64,000 nucleotides of DNA from contig CAWBNQ010000001.1 in the NCBI GenBank assembly GCA_963790205.1, forward strand, positions 96,001 to 160,000, given 5' to 3'. The stretch comes from Nitrospirota bacterium. GTDB taxonomy: Bacteria; Nitrospirota; UBA9217. The notes below the pieces were generated by a model. That model was not told the origin of the DNA. It saw only the letters and a program-made list of their open reading frames with translations, and ran no database searches. Positions within the stretch are counted from its first letter, which is position 1; every line of letters starts with the position of its first letter. This document shows, one piece after another, positions 45,358 to 53,579 of this stretch. The translations under genes and the position numbers were made by a program.

Positions 45358-46605
45358 TTACTTTTTGATGTTCTCGGTGTGAACTCCTTCGGCATGGCCG
45401 TGCAGCTTGATCTCCACTTTTGTGGTGAGGCCCGCGTAGTATTTCTTGAGGATCTCGAGCACTTCGGGGCGGCTGAAGTGATCGGGCACGTTCTCGCCCT
45501 CGGAAAGCATCTTCCGGAGCTTGGTGCCGGACAGCATGAGCCGGTCTTCCTTCTGGTGAGGGCAGGTCCTCATGGAGGCCATGCCGTCGCACTTGAAGCA
45601 GTAGAACGTATGGTCGATCTTCAAGGGTTGGGTCTCGAGCGCGCCCTTGGGGATCTCGTCGAAGATCTTCTGCGCGTCGAACGGGCCGTAGTAGTCGCCC
45701 ACGCCGGCATGGTCGCGGCCGACGATCAGGTGGCTGCAGCCGAAGTTCTGGCGGAAGAGCGCGTGGAGGAGCGCCTCGCGCGGTCCTGCATAGCGCATCT
45801 CCATGGGGTAGCCGCACTGAATTGCAGAATCCTTCACAAAGTACTTCTCCATGAGGGTGTCGATGGCATTGGCGCGGACGTCGGCCGGGATATCGCCCTC
45901 TTTGAGTTTGCCCAGGATCTGGTGGATCAGCACGCCGTCCATGGTCTCGATTGCGATCTTGGCGAGGTATTCGTGGGAGCGGTGCATGGGGTTCCGCGTC
46001 TGGAACGCAGCGATCGTGCTCCAGCCCTTCTCCTCGAACATCTTGCGGGTCTGGGCCGGGGTCATGTAGATGCCCTTGAACTGGGTCGGGAAATGCGCCT
46101 CGGAGAGGACCTTTACCGGACCGGCCAGGTTCATATCAGGCTGGCCCATGACCTTCTGTACGCCCGGATGGCCGGCGACGTCAACGGTGCGGAAGATCTG
46201 CTTGCACTCGTGCTCCTTGTCGGTCTTGGACATGGCATACTTCTCGGTCACCTTCATGGTGGCCATGATCTGGTTCGATTCTTCATCAACGAGGGTGATC
46301 TCTTCGTTCTTCTTGAGCGAATTTGCGAACTCAGTGGACGCAGAGAGCGTCACCGGGACGGGCCAGAACGTGCCGTCCGCCATCTTGTACTTGTCGCAGA
46401 CACCCTTCCAGTCCTTCTTGGTCATGAAGCCCGTAAGCGGGGTGAACGCGCCGATGCCCATCATCACGAGATCCGCGGTCTCGCGCGAGGAGATCTTGAG
46501 CTGCTTGAGCTTCGCCGCCTTCTTCTGCTCTTTCTGAAGGGCCGCGCCGGTGAGAAGAAGCGGCATGAGCTTCTTCTTTTTACCATGAGGTTTTACCAAT
46601 GCCAT
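45358..46605 (-). CDS. sat: Sulfate adenylyltransferase
   Basis: [32 protein letters not shown]. Confidence 0.98.
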   Translation of the reverse strand: MALVKPHGKKKKLMPLLLTGAALQKEQKKAAKLKQLKISSRETADLVMMGIGAFTPLTGFMTKKDWKGVCDKYKMADGTFWPVPVTLSASTEFANSLKKNEEITLVDEESNQIMATMKVTEKYAMSKTDKEHECKQIFRTVDVAGHPGVQKVMGQPDMNLAGPVKVLSEAHFPTQFKGIYMTPAQTRKMFEEKGWSTIAAFQTRNPMHRSHEYLAKIAIETMDGVLIHQILGKLKEGDIPADVRANAIDTLMEKYFVKDSAIQCGYPMEMRYAGPREALLHALFRQNFGCSHLIVGRDHAGVGDYYGPFDAQKIFDEIPKGALETQPLKIDHTFYCFKCDGMASMRTCPHQKEDRLMLSGTKLRKMLSEGENVPDHFSRPEVLEILKKYYAGLTTKVEIKLHGHAEGVHTENIKK

Positions 46606-46692
46606 AACTGTTTCCTCCTTAAAAGAATTTTAAAATATATTCCACTGTGGCTCTTCACCACAACCTTGTACATTAAAGATGAATGATGCGCC

Positions 46693-47340
46693 CTAGCCGA
46701 GGGCTGCCGTCACTTTGTTGAAGATGTCGCTGATGCTGCCCACGCCCATGACGGTCTTCATGATGTTCTTCTTGGAGTAGTAATCGATGAGCGGCGAGGT
46801 CTGTTTCTGGTACACATCGAGCCGTTTCTTGATGGTCTCTTCCTTGTCGTCGTCGCGCTGGAAGAGTGAGCCGCCGCACTTGTCGCAGACGCCGTCTTTC
46901 TTGGGGGCCGAGAAATAGATATTGTACATCTGCTGGCAGCTCTTGCAGGTCCGCCGGCCGGTGAGACGCTTCAGGAGGTCGTTCATGTCCACATCGATAT
47001 TGAGGGCGATGGTAAGCGGCGCGCCCATGCCCGAGAGGATCCTGTCCAGGGCCTCGGCCTGGGCCGTGTTGCGCGGGAACCCGTCGAGGATGAAGCCGGC
47101 CCTGCAGTCAGGCTGTTTGATGCGCTCTTCCACGAGGCCGAGTACGATCTTGTCGGATACAAGCCCGCCGGAGTCCATGATCACTTTCGCTTCTTTGCCG
47201 AGTGGCGTACCGTCGGCAACCGCCTTGCGGAGGATGTCCCCCGTGGAGATCTGTGGAATCTTGTACTTCTCAATCAACATCTTCGCCTGGGTACCTTTGC
47301 CGGCACCGGGCGCTCCGAGCAGCACAACCCTCTTAGCCAT
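46693..47340 (-). CDS. adk: Adenylate kinase with Zn-finger lid
   Basis: GAPGAGKGTQA, ILDGFPR, CKSC...CDKC. Confidence 0.97.
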   Translation of the reverse strand: MAKRVVLLGAPGAGKGTQAKMLIEKYKIPQISTGDILRKAVADGTPLGKEAKVIMDSGGLVSDKIVLGLVEERIKQPDCRAGFILDGFPRNTAQAEALDRILSGMGAPLTIALNIDVDMNDLLKRLTGRRTCKSCQQMYNIYFSAPKKDGVCDKCGGSLFQRDDDKEETIKKRLDVYQKQTSPLIDYYSKKNIMKTVMGVGSISDIFNKVTAALG

Positions 47341-47486
47341 CGAGATGATCCTCCGTAGAAAAGATTATGTATCAGAGATAAAGACGGAAGGCGCAATAAG
47401 CCCTTCTCAAGATTTTAACCGGCCTATAATGGTTTAAAACGAGTTAATTTTCAAGTTAAAAATTATAATTTGAATATTAGTTTTGT

Positions 47487-48092
47487 TTATAAACGCGGCT
47501 GCGAATGAAGGAATTCGGTTAGTTTTTCAATGGCTTTACCCCTATGGCTGAGGCGGTCCTTCTCGTCTCCGGCCATCTCGGCAAAAGTCCTCTTATGACC
47601 ATCGGGAATAAAAACCGGGTCGTATCCGAACCCGGTCGCCCCCTTCGGTTCCCGCCCTATGCAACCTTCTGCATACCCGAAGAACGTCTTGACCGTTCCG
47701 TCCGGGAAGGCCAGGGCCATGCAGCAGACGAACCGGGCGCCCCTTTTGTGGTCCGGGACGTTCGTAAGTTCGGAGAGGAGCTTTTCATAATTTCTGACGT
47801 CATTCCCACCCGTCACGCCGGCATAGCGGGCAGAGTACACTCCAGGCGCCCCTCCGAGGGCATCGACTTCGAGTCCCGAGTCGTCGGCAAGGGCGGATTT
47901 GCCCGTGCATCGGCAGACCTCGATCGCTTTTTTGACCGCGTTCCCCTCGAAGGTGTCCTTGTCCTCCACGGTCTCTGGACAGTTCGGGAAATTGTCGAGG
48001 GAGAGTATCGTGATCGGCAGATCGACGGTGATCCGCCTGATCTCCTCGATCTTTTTTTTATTTCGCGTGGCCAGAACGATTTCCATATCCAT
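47487..48092 (-). CDS. rdgB: XTP/dITP diphosphatase
   Basis: ATRNKKK, ADDSGL, PGVYSARY, GFGYDP, SHRGKA. Confidence 0.95.
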   Translation of the reverse strand: MDMEIVLATRNKKKIEEIRRITVDLPITILSLDNFPNCPETVEDKDTFEGNAVKKAIEVCRCTGKSALADDSGLEVDALGGAPGVYSARYAGVTGGNDVRNYEKLLSELTNVPDHKRGARFVCCMALAFPDGTVKTFFGYAEGCIGREPKGATGFGYDPVFIPDGHKRTFAEMAGDEKDRLSHRGKAIEKLTEFLHSQPRL

Positions 48093-48240
48093 ATTAAAGA
48101 AGCTTCTTTATCTGTCCGCTGCATACTGTTCTTTGGAGGTCGTTACAGTATCACAAAAAACAGGGAGTTGCAAGTAGAGGAAAGAGCGGGAGAAAAATGA
48201 GGTTTGACAAAAATATTTCAGTGCCTCGTTTCAGTGCGGT

Positions 48241-50652
48241 GTGGCCCCGACCCCGGATGTCCCTTGTTGTATAATAAAGCCCATCCATGGTATAGTGAAA
48301 CTTGATGAAACAAGAACGCATCAGCAAAATGCGGAGAACTTTTCTGTGAAATTTTCCGAAAAACAAAAACCCGGCTTGCTTTTGGGCCTGGGGCTTCTGA
48401 TCTTCATCTCCGCTGTCGCCCTGGCGTACAAGCCGTTTACGACGGTCCTCTCCGCAGTCAAACCATATAAACACGCTGGTGACCGCCCTGTCGAAGTCGA
48501 GCAGTTACGCTCCCTTTTTTTGTCCATATCGTTAGCCGAGAGAGGCTTCGCAGCAACGGGGAATCCCGACTATCGGGTCGCGTTCTCCGAAGCGGCGCCT
48601 AAAATTCGTCACATCATTGATGACCTCAAGATCCTTCGCTCCGATGACCCCGGGCAGAAGCTACGGTTTGACCGGCTGGGCGACCTGATGGGCAAGAGGC
48701 TCGCGCTTGCAGAAAACGCGGTCCGGGCGCAGGAGGCCGTCGAACCGGCGCAGATCAAAGAGGAAGATGGCCTGTTGCGCGAGATCGAGACACTGTTGTC
48801 CGATATAGAGAATGAAGAGAACGCGCGGCCTTGGCAAAAGGACGCGGCTGTCCGCGACTCAATGCTGATCGTGCTTTTCGTGGGCGCCGCAGGCGCGTCT
48901 GTCTCGCTTCTCGTCATTATACTTTCGCTGGGCTTCATGAAAAGGGAGAGCCGCCGACGCCGCCGGACCGAGGAGTACGCAACCAAGCTGCTGCAGACTG
49001 CCGAACAAGCCGGAGATCTGATAACGATCCTCGACCAGGATGGAACGATAGAGTTCATGAACAAGGCCGCGGAGGAGACGACCGGGTACCGGCGGAATGA
49101 TCTGGTCGGGACGCGGAGTAAAGCGTGGTTTCCCTGGTATCCCGACAAGGAGGTCCTGCGCACGATGCGGAAGACGGTGCTCTCCGGACGTCCTTTCGAG
49201 GCCACGACGGCGGGCAGGAAAAAATCAGGAGAACCGTTTTTCGTGAAGGAGGTCGTGACCCCGCTGATGGACCGCGCCGGCAAGGTTGTCCGGATCATCT
49301 CGACGGCACGGGACGTCACGCGTCAAAAACAACTGGAGGAGAGGCTCGACTATCTCGAAAAATACGACCCTTTGACCGGCGTCCCGAACAGAGCGTACTT
49401 TATTGAAATCCTGGAGCAGGAGATCGCCAGGGCGAACAAAAGCGGCGGATTCCTTTCGGTGATGATCGTGGACATCGACCGCTTCAAGCACCTTAACGAC
49501 CTGTTCGGGCCGGAAGCGGGCGACGCAGTCTTGCGGTGGGTGTCGGAAAAGCTGCGCGCCTCCCTCGGCCGGCACGGCTTCGTTGCGCGTCTCGGCAGCG
49601 ATGAATTCGCCGTGGTACGCTTTGCCGACTCGCGGACTGTCGCTGCGGCCGCCGTCGCCGCGAACATCCGGCACGCGGTGACACAGAACATCGACGTCGG
49701 CGATCACAACATCGCTATAACCGTGTCCATGGGCGTCGCGCTGTATCCGGACAACGGCAGTAATGCGCAAGCCCTCCTTACCAACGCCGACCTCGCCCTT
49801 GCCGAAGCACAGGCCCAGGGCAGAAATGCAATCCTGTTTTTCAATACAGGGATCACCACGGGTGTTTCCGACCTGTTCTATCTCGAGAAGCGCCTTTTCG
49901 GTGCGCTCAAAAACGGCGAATATCTCGTAAACTATCAGCCCTACTGCGAACTGGCGACGCAAAAAGTGGCCGGCGCCGAGGCGCTCATCAAATGGAAGAA
50001 CGACGACCTCGGTCTGGTTTCGCCGACGAGGTTCATTCCCTCCCTTGAAGACACGGGGATGATCATCGATGTGGGCAGGTGGGTGCTGGAGACCGCATGC
50101 GGCCAGATCCGGGAATGGGAAATGAAAAAACGGACCTTCCCCGTCTCGGTGAACCTGTCGCTTGCCCAGTTCCGCCATAAATATCTTGTCGGAATGGTGG
50201 CAGACGCAATCAAGGATTTCAAGCTCAATCCCCGGCACCTGACGCTGGAAGTGACGGAGAGCATCTTTATCCACGATATTGAATTTGCGATCAAGACCCT
50301 CAAGCGGCTGAAAGACGTGGGCGTCTCGCTCTCGGTCGACGACTTCGGAACGGGATACTCCTCCCTCAGTTATCTGAAAAAGCTGCCGGTCGATATTGTC
50401 AAGATCGATATTTCCTTCGTCCGCGAGATTACGCGGGACCAGGACGCGGCCTCGATCGTCACGGCAATCACCTCCCTGGCGCGGAGTCTGAATCTCAAGA
50501 CCATCGCGGAAGGAGTTGAGACCGAGGAGCAGCGGAACATCCTTCACCTCCTCCGCTGCGACATGGGACAGGGATATTACTTCAGCCCGGCCATCCCTCC
50601 GGCTGAGTTCGATACTTTCCTTACCCAGGAGCGAAAACCATTTTCAAAATAG
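48241..50652 (+). CDS. Membrane CHASE3-like/PAS/GGDEF-EAL protein (true start likely further downstream)
   Basis: AERGF...G periplasmic domain, PAS, variant GSDEF, intact EAL and DDFGTGYSSLSYL. Confidence 0.9.
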   Translation: MAPTPDVPCCIIKPIHGIVKLDETRTHQQNAENFSVKFSEKQKPGLLLGLGLLIFISAVALAYKPFTTVLSAVKPYKHAGDRPVEVEQLRSLFLSISLAERGFAATGNPDYRVAFSEAAPKIRHIIDDLKILRSDDPGQKLRFDRLGDLMGKRLALAENAVRAQEAVEPAQIKEEDGLLREIETLLSDIENEENARPWQKDAAVRDSMLIVLFVGAAGASVSLLVIILSLGFMKRESRRRRRTEEYATKLLQTAEQAGDLITILDQDGTIEFMNKAAEETTGYRRNDLVGTRSKAWFPWYPDKEVLRTMRKTVLSGRPFEATTAGRKKSGEPFFVKEVVTPLMDRAGKVVRIISTARDVTRQKQLEERLDYLEKYDPLTGVPNRAYFIEILEQEIARANKSGGFLSVMIVDIDRFKHLNDLFGPEAGDAVLRWVSEKLRASLGRHGFVARLGSDEFAVVRFADSRTVAAAAVAANIRHAVTQNIDVGDHNIAITVSMGVALYPDNGSNAQALLTNADLALAEAQAQGRNAILFFNTGITTGVSDLFYLEKRLFGALKNGEYLVNYQPYCELATQKVAGAEALIKWKNDDLGLVSPTRFIPSLEDTGMIIDVGRWVLETACGQIREWEMKKRTFPVSVNLSLAQFRHKYLVGMVADAIKDFKLNPRHLTLEVTESIFIHDIEFAIKTLKRLKDVGVSLSVDDFGTGYSSLSYLKKLPVDIVKIDISFVREITRDQDAASIVTAITSLARSLNLKTIAEGVETEEQRNILHLLRCDMGQGYYFSPAIPPAEFDTFLTQERKPFSK

Positions 50653-50692
50653 GCGGGTTTTAGAGTTAAACGGACTGTTGTAAAAAGGCCGC

Positions 50693-50725
50693 AAAAAACA
50701 AAAACGCGCCCCCCAAAGGGGGGCG
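50693..50725 (-). terminator. Intrinsic terminator after hgcB
   Basis: CGCCCCCC/GGGGGGCG stem followed by a T-rich run on the minus strand. Confidence 0.65.
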
Positions 50726-50826
50726 TCTCTGTTGACATTGCCGATTTCCCGGGATGCTCTTTAATATTTTGTTTCCCTTACTCCCCGGCTCTGTTTCTTC
50801 TAAAACCGTGTCGAATTAAATTTGTA

Positions 50827-51120
50827 TCACCCACAGCAGCTGCTCCCGCCGTCGCTGCAGTCGCAGGAGGGCGGCCCGCCGGTGAGCATGCTGTTGATGA
50901 TGGCCGCCGCGCAGCCCACGCCGGAGTTGACGCTGATCGCGCCGAATTCGCAATTCAGGGCGCAGGCCCCGCATTCCATGCAAAGGTCCCTGTCCGTGAC
51001 CGCAGCCCGCTTGTCCTGCATCTCGAATACGCCGCGAGGGCAGACTTCAAGGCACCTGCCGCAGCCGGAGCATTTCTCCGGTGAATATTGAAGTGTGGTT
51101 ACATTCGCTAGATATTTCAT
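50827..51120 (-). CDS. hgcB: Mercury methylation ferredoxin HgcB
   Basis: CSGCGRCLEVCP, diagnostic CMECGAC, GVGCAAA, C-terminal CC; ATGA overlap with hgcA. Confidence 0.97.
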   Translation of the reverse strand: MKYLANVTTLQYSPEKCSGCGRCLEVCPRGVFEMQDKRAAVTDRDLCMECGACALNCEFGAISVNSGVGCAAAIINSMLTGGPPSCDCSDGGSSCCG

Positions 51121-52202
51121 ACGATCCCCCATTCCCTAAGCTTAAACAGGACCACCAGTGCAAGAGAGACGCCCGCCGTGCCCAGATAAACGGGTATGCC
51201 GATCTTTAGTTCTTTGTTCACGCCCGACATTCCCGTATACGTTGTCGAGCCGGTAAACTGGAGGGCGATGTAAGAACTGAGTGCGGGGAAGAGCAGATAG
51301 GTTGCAGCGAGCAGTGCCCTGCTGTGACTGACGGTAATATGGAAGCCATGCACTGCGAGCAGAGTCATAAGCAGCCCCACGATCCACCCTTTGACGGCAA
51401 AGGACCGGAACGGCACGAACGGAAGCAGCACGGGCGTCAGGAATGCCCCGGCAACGACCGTAAGCAGAAGAAGCAGGAGAAATGGCAGGCCGTTCGACCA
51501 TGCTGGATGGAACAATAGCCCCGAAGGCTGGAGCCCAAAAAGAAGAAGTATGCCTCCCGCGAACCAGGGAAACTTTTTCATTGCGGGATTGATCTCCATC
51601 GGCGTGAGGATGATCCGGTCGAGCAGCGAAAATCGGGCGGTCCGCATCTCTTTTGTTTTTTTATAGCCGGCCTGAATATAGGCGGGAATATCCCTGGCCT
51701 GTACCGGACCGAAGGAGACGCGGAACCCCGTTTTCTTCTGAACTTCGCTCGCGCAGACGCCCACAGCGCCGAGCTGGGGGAGGATGATGCGACGATGGGT
51801 TACGACCTTGTCGAGGTTCGATGCGGCGATCCGGTTCACGAGTTCATCGGTCCCGAAGGTCCCCTTTCCCGCGGCGCACCAGACATTGATGCTCTTCGTA
51901 TCGAGCACGAGGACCCAGGCATTCATGCCTTTGAGTTCTCGCCGAAGGATGTCGAAGCTCAGCTTGTAATTGGCGGTAACAAAGACATCGGAATCCATCG
52001 CAGGCTCACCCACGGCATAAAGCCCGGGCGGCACGGCGTAGTTCATGCGAAAGGCGCCGACCCTGCTCTTAATCATGCCCCAGGTGTCGGCGTGCGTCCA
52101 GTTGGTAGAGACCTTGTAAGCAGAACCGCCGGGGATGGAGATGGAGCCCGCCGTCCAGGGCGGCGCGATCTTTTTAACGAATTTCAGTGTTTGTATCTGC
52201 AT
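51117..52202 (-). CDS. hgcA: Mercury methylation corrinoid protein HgcA
   Basis: PGLYAVG, VTANYKLSFD, cap helix NVWCAAGKGTFG, C-terminal TM helices, FTGSTTYT; AGGAGG RBS. Confidence 0.98.
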   Translation of the reverse strand: MQIQTLKFVKKIAPPWTAGSISIPGGSAYKVSTNWTHADTWGMIKSRVGAFRMNYAVPPGLYAVGEPAMDSDVFVTANYKLSFDILRRELKGMNAWVLVLDTKSINVWCAAGKGTFGTDELVNRIAASNLDKVVTHRRIILPQLGAVGVCASEVQKKTGFRVSFGPVQARDIPAYIQAGYKKTKEMRTARFSLLDRIILTPMEINPAMKKFPWFAGGILLLFGLQPSGLLFHPAWSNGLPFLLLLLLTVVAGAFLTPVLLPFVPFRSFAVKGWIVGLLMTLLAVHGFHITVSHSRALLAATYLLFPALSSYIALQFTGSTTYTGMSGVNKELKIGIPVYLGTAGVSLALVVLFKLREWGIV

Positions 52203-52342
52203 GGAAAGCCTCCTAACCGGAACTCTCCGGACCCGATATACCACGAAGATACGAAAGCGCGAAGGATATTATATTTGTCGGGGCTGCCCCGTGGGGCCGC
52301 CTAAAACAGGGTAACCGCAGCGAGTTAGCCCTCCTTGATCGT

Positions 52343-52621
52343 CTACAAAATTTCTTTCATCACCGGGCTGAGCATGCCCTTTACCATGGTCTCAAGGCTC
52401 CCCGCTTTGATAAGCGCGATGCAGCAGATCTTTCCGTCCTTCTCCCAGCTCGTCACGGCCGGCTTGTCGCCCGCTTTGATGCCGGCCCGATCCCGCAGCT
52501 CCTCGGGCAGCACCATCTGGCCCCGCTCGTCCACGGTAACGAGGGCCTCCACAGCGCAGCAACTCGCACCCCTGCCGAACGGGCCGCTTACGGGAATATT
52601 TTTCTTTTTAACCGTTGTCAT
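52343..52621 (-). CDS. hgcC: AbrB/MazE/SpoVT-fold HgcAB-associated protein (HgcC-like)
   Basis: VTVDERGQMVLP.ELR..AGI..GD AbrB motif, two CC pairs, directly upstream of hgcA. Confidence 0.75.
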   Translation of the reverse strand: MTTVKKKNIPVSGPFGRGASCCAVEALVTVDERGQMVLPEELRDRAGIKAGDKPAVTSWEKDGKICCIALIKAGSLETMVKGMLSPVMKEIL

Positions 52622-52992
52622 CGCTCCTCCGCTAATTCTGCATTATCTGAATAATCAGACAAGTAAGTAATACCTGAAACAGGGGGGATATATCAAGAAG
52701 TTTTTTGGGGGCGCCGAGAGGAAAGGCGGCGGCTCGGCTGCGCATCTACGGGTAAAACATGCAAGCGTGCTCCGTTTTTGCCCTGCACGGCCGGCGTGGA
52801 CAACGGGATTGGCAAGGGCCGGGGCGTCGAACAGGTCCGATTGCAGAACAAGCCTGATTACCTTATCGGCGTTGTCGAGCGCCTGACCCTAATGCCCCTT
52901 GGTTTCGGTTATAGGAGCAAGCCCGTGCCTCTTCTGCCGTGATGTTCCATTGTTGTCAAAGATGGCTTTCTTCGTGCAGTGAAATCCATACA

Positions 52993-53022
52993 ATTATGCA
53001 AAGTTGCATAACTTTGCATAAT
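52993..53022. promoter_or_regulatory. Perfect 13-bp inverted repeat, candidate activator/enhancer site
   Basis: ATTATGCAAAGTT-GCAT-AACTTTGCATAAT. Confidence 0.65.
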
Positions 53023-53180
53023 CATTAACCTTTTTTTCCCCGATTTGTTCTCTTCGAATTCGCTTCCATTTTTAGTGTAGTGAAATCCCTACAATCCTGC
53101 AATTGTTGTTATCAGCATTCTTAACGCAAAAGGTTGAGAATGCGGCTTCAAATCAATGGGATAAAGCAAACTCTCATGAA

Positions 53181-53198
53181 TTGGCATTCGGCTTGCTT
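53181..53198 (+). promoter_or_regulatory. Sigma54 (-24/-12) promoter
   Basis: TTGGCATTCGGCTTGCTT, an exact GG-N10-GC with TGGCA and TTGC. Confidence 0.7.
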
Positions 53199-53306
53199 TA
53201 CCTATTGCGCCGGTGAGCAGAAGCTCGGGTCCGTGCCGCAGTCCTTGCTTTGTTCCAACGATGCTTTCAAGCATGAAGCATGAAGCGAATCCCATCATAT
53301 TGTACG

Positions 53307-53390
53307 GGTAGACGATAATACTTAACCCTCCGCGAGGATGGGACGGAAAGCCTCAGGATCTCTCCGAGACAGCCGGGTTGCCGAAATATT
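53307..53390 (+). ncRNA. GEMM-I cyclic dinucleotide riboswitch, cGAMP-type (GEMM-Ib) signature
   Basis: GATAATACTTAACCCTCCGCGAGGATGGGACGGAAAGCC...GAGACAGCCGGGTTGCCGAAATA closely follows Geobacter-type aptamers (AAUACU, GGGACGGAAAGCC, CCGAAA). Confidence 0.88.
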
Positions 53391-53423
53391 TCTTAATCGA
53401 TATTTAAGGTGCCCGGCTTTTTG
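53371..53423 (+). terminator. Riboswitch expression-platform terminator
   Basis: AGCCGGG in the aptamer 3' strand pairs with CCCGGCT, followed by TTTTG. Confidence 0.75.
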
Positions 53424-53579
53424 TTTCTTTAAAATAATTCGCTGGAAACTCTATGAAGGGGAGGCAATGAAGAACTAAGGTGACGCCGCCGTGTGATAAT
53501 ACTTAATGACAACAAAGTAGGTACTTTCGCAGTCGCATTCGCTGTCAATTTGATGAGAGAGAAACGAAAGGAGGATCAT

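Noticed and set aside
30971..46664. Exact 14-nt match CTCTTCACCACAAC at 30971 and 46651
   Set aside because: Several 14-mer matches are expected by chance in 64 kb and the flanks do not align
46606..47486. Rex operator upstream of sat or adk
   Set aside because: No TTGTGAA-N4-TTCACAA-like palindrome found by eye
48241..50652. GGDEF-EAL protein as the cGAMP synthase for the riboswitch
   Set aside because: It keeps Asp in NDLFGPEAGD (Hypr enzymes have Ser/Thr there), has a variant GSDEF motif and an intact EAL domain; more likely a c-di-GMP phosphodiesterase
52203..52342. Selenocysteine-containing N-terminal extension of HgcA
   Set aside because: No in-frame Cys-TGA upstream, and a strong AGGAGG directly precedes the ATG at 52202
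52916..52930. Minus-strand sigma54 promoter for the hgc operon
   Set aside because: GGCACGGGCTTGC has GG-N9-GC spacing, one base short of the required N10
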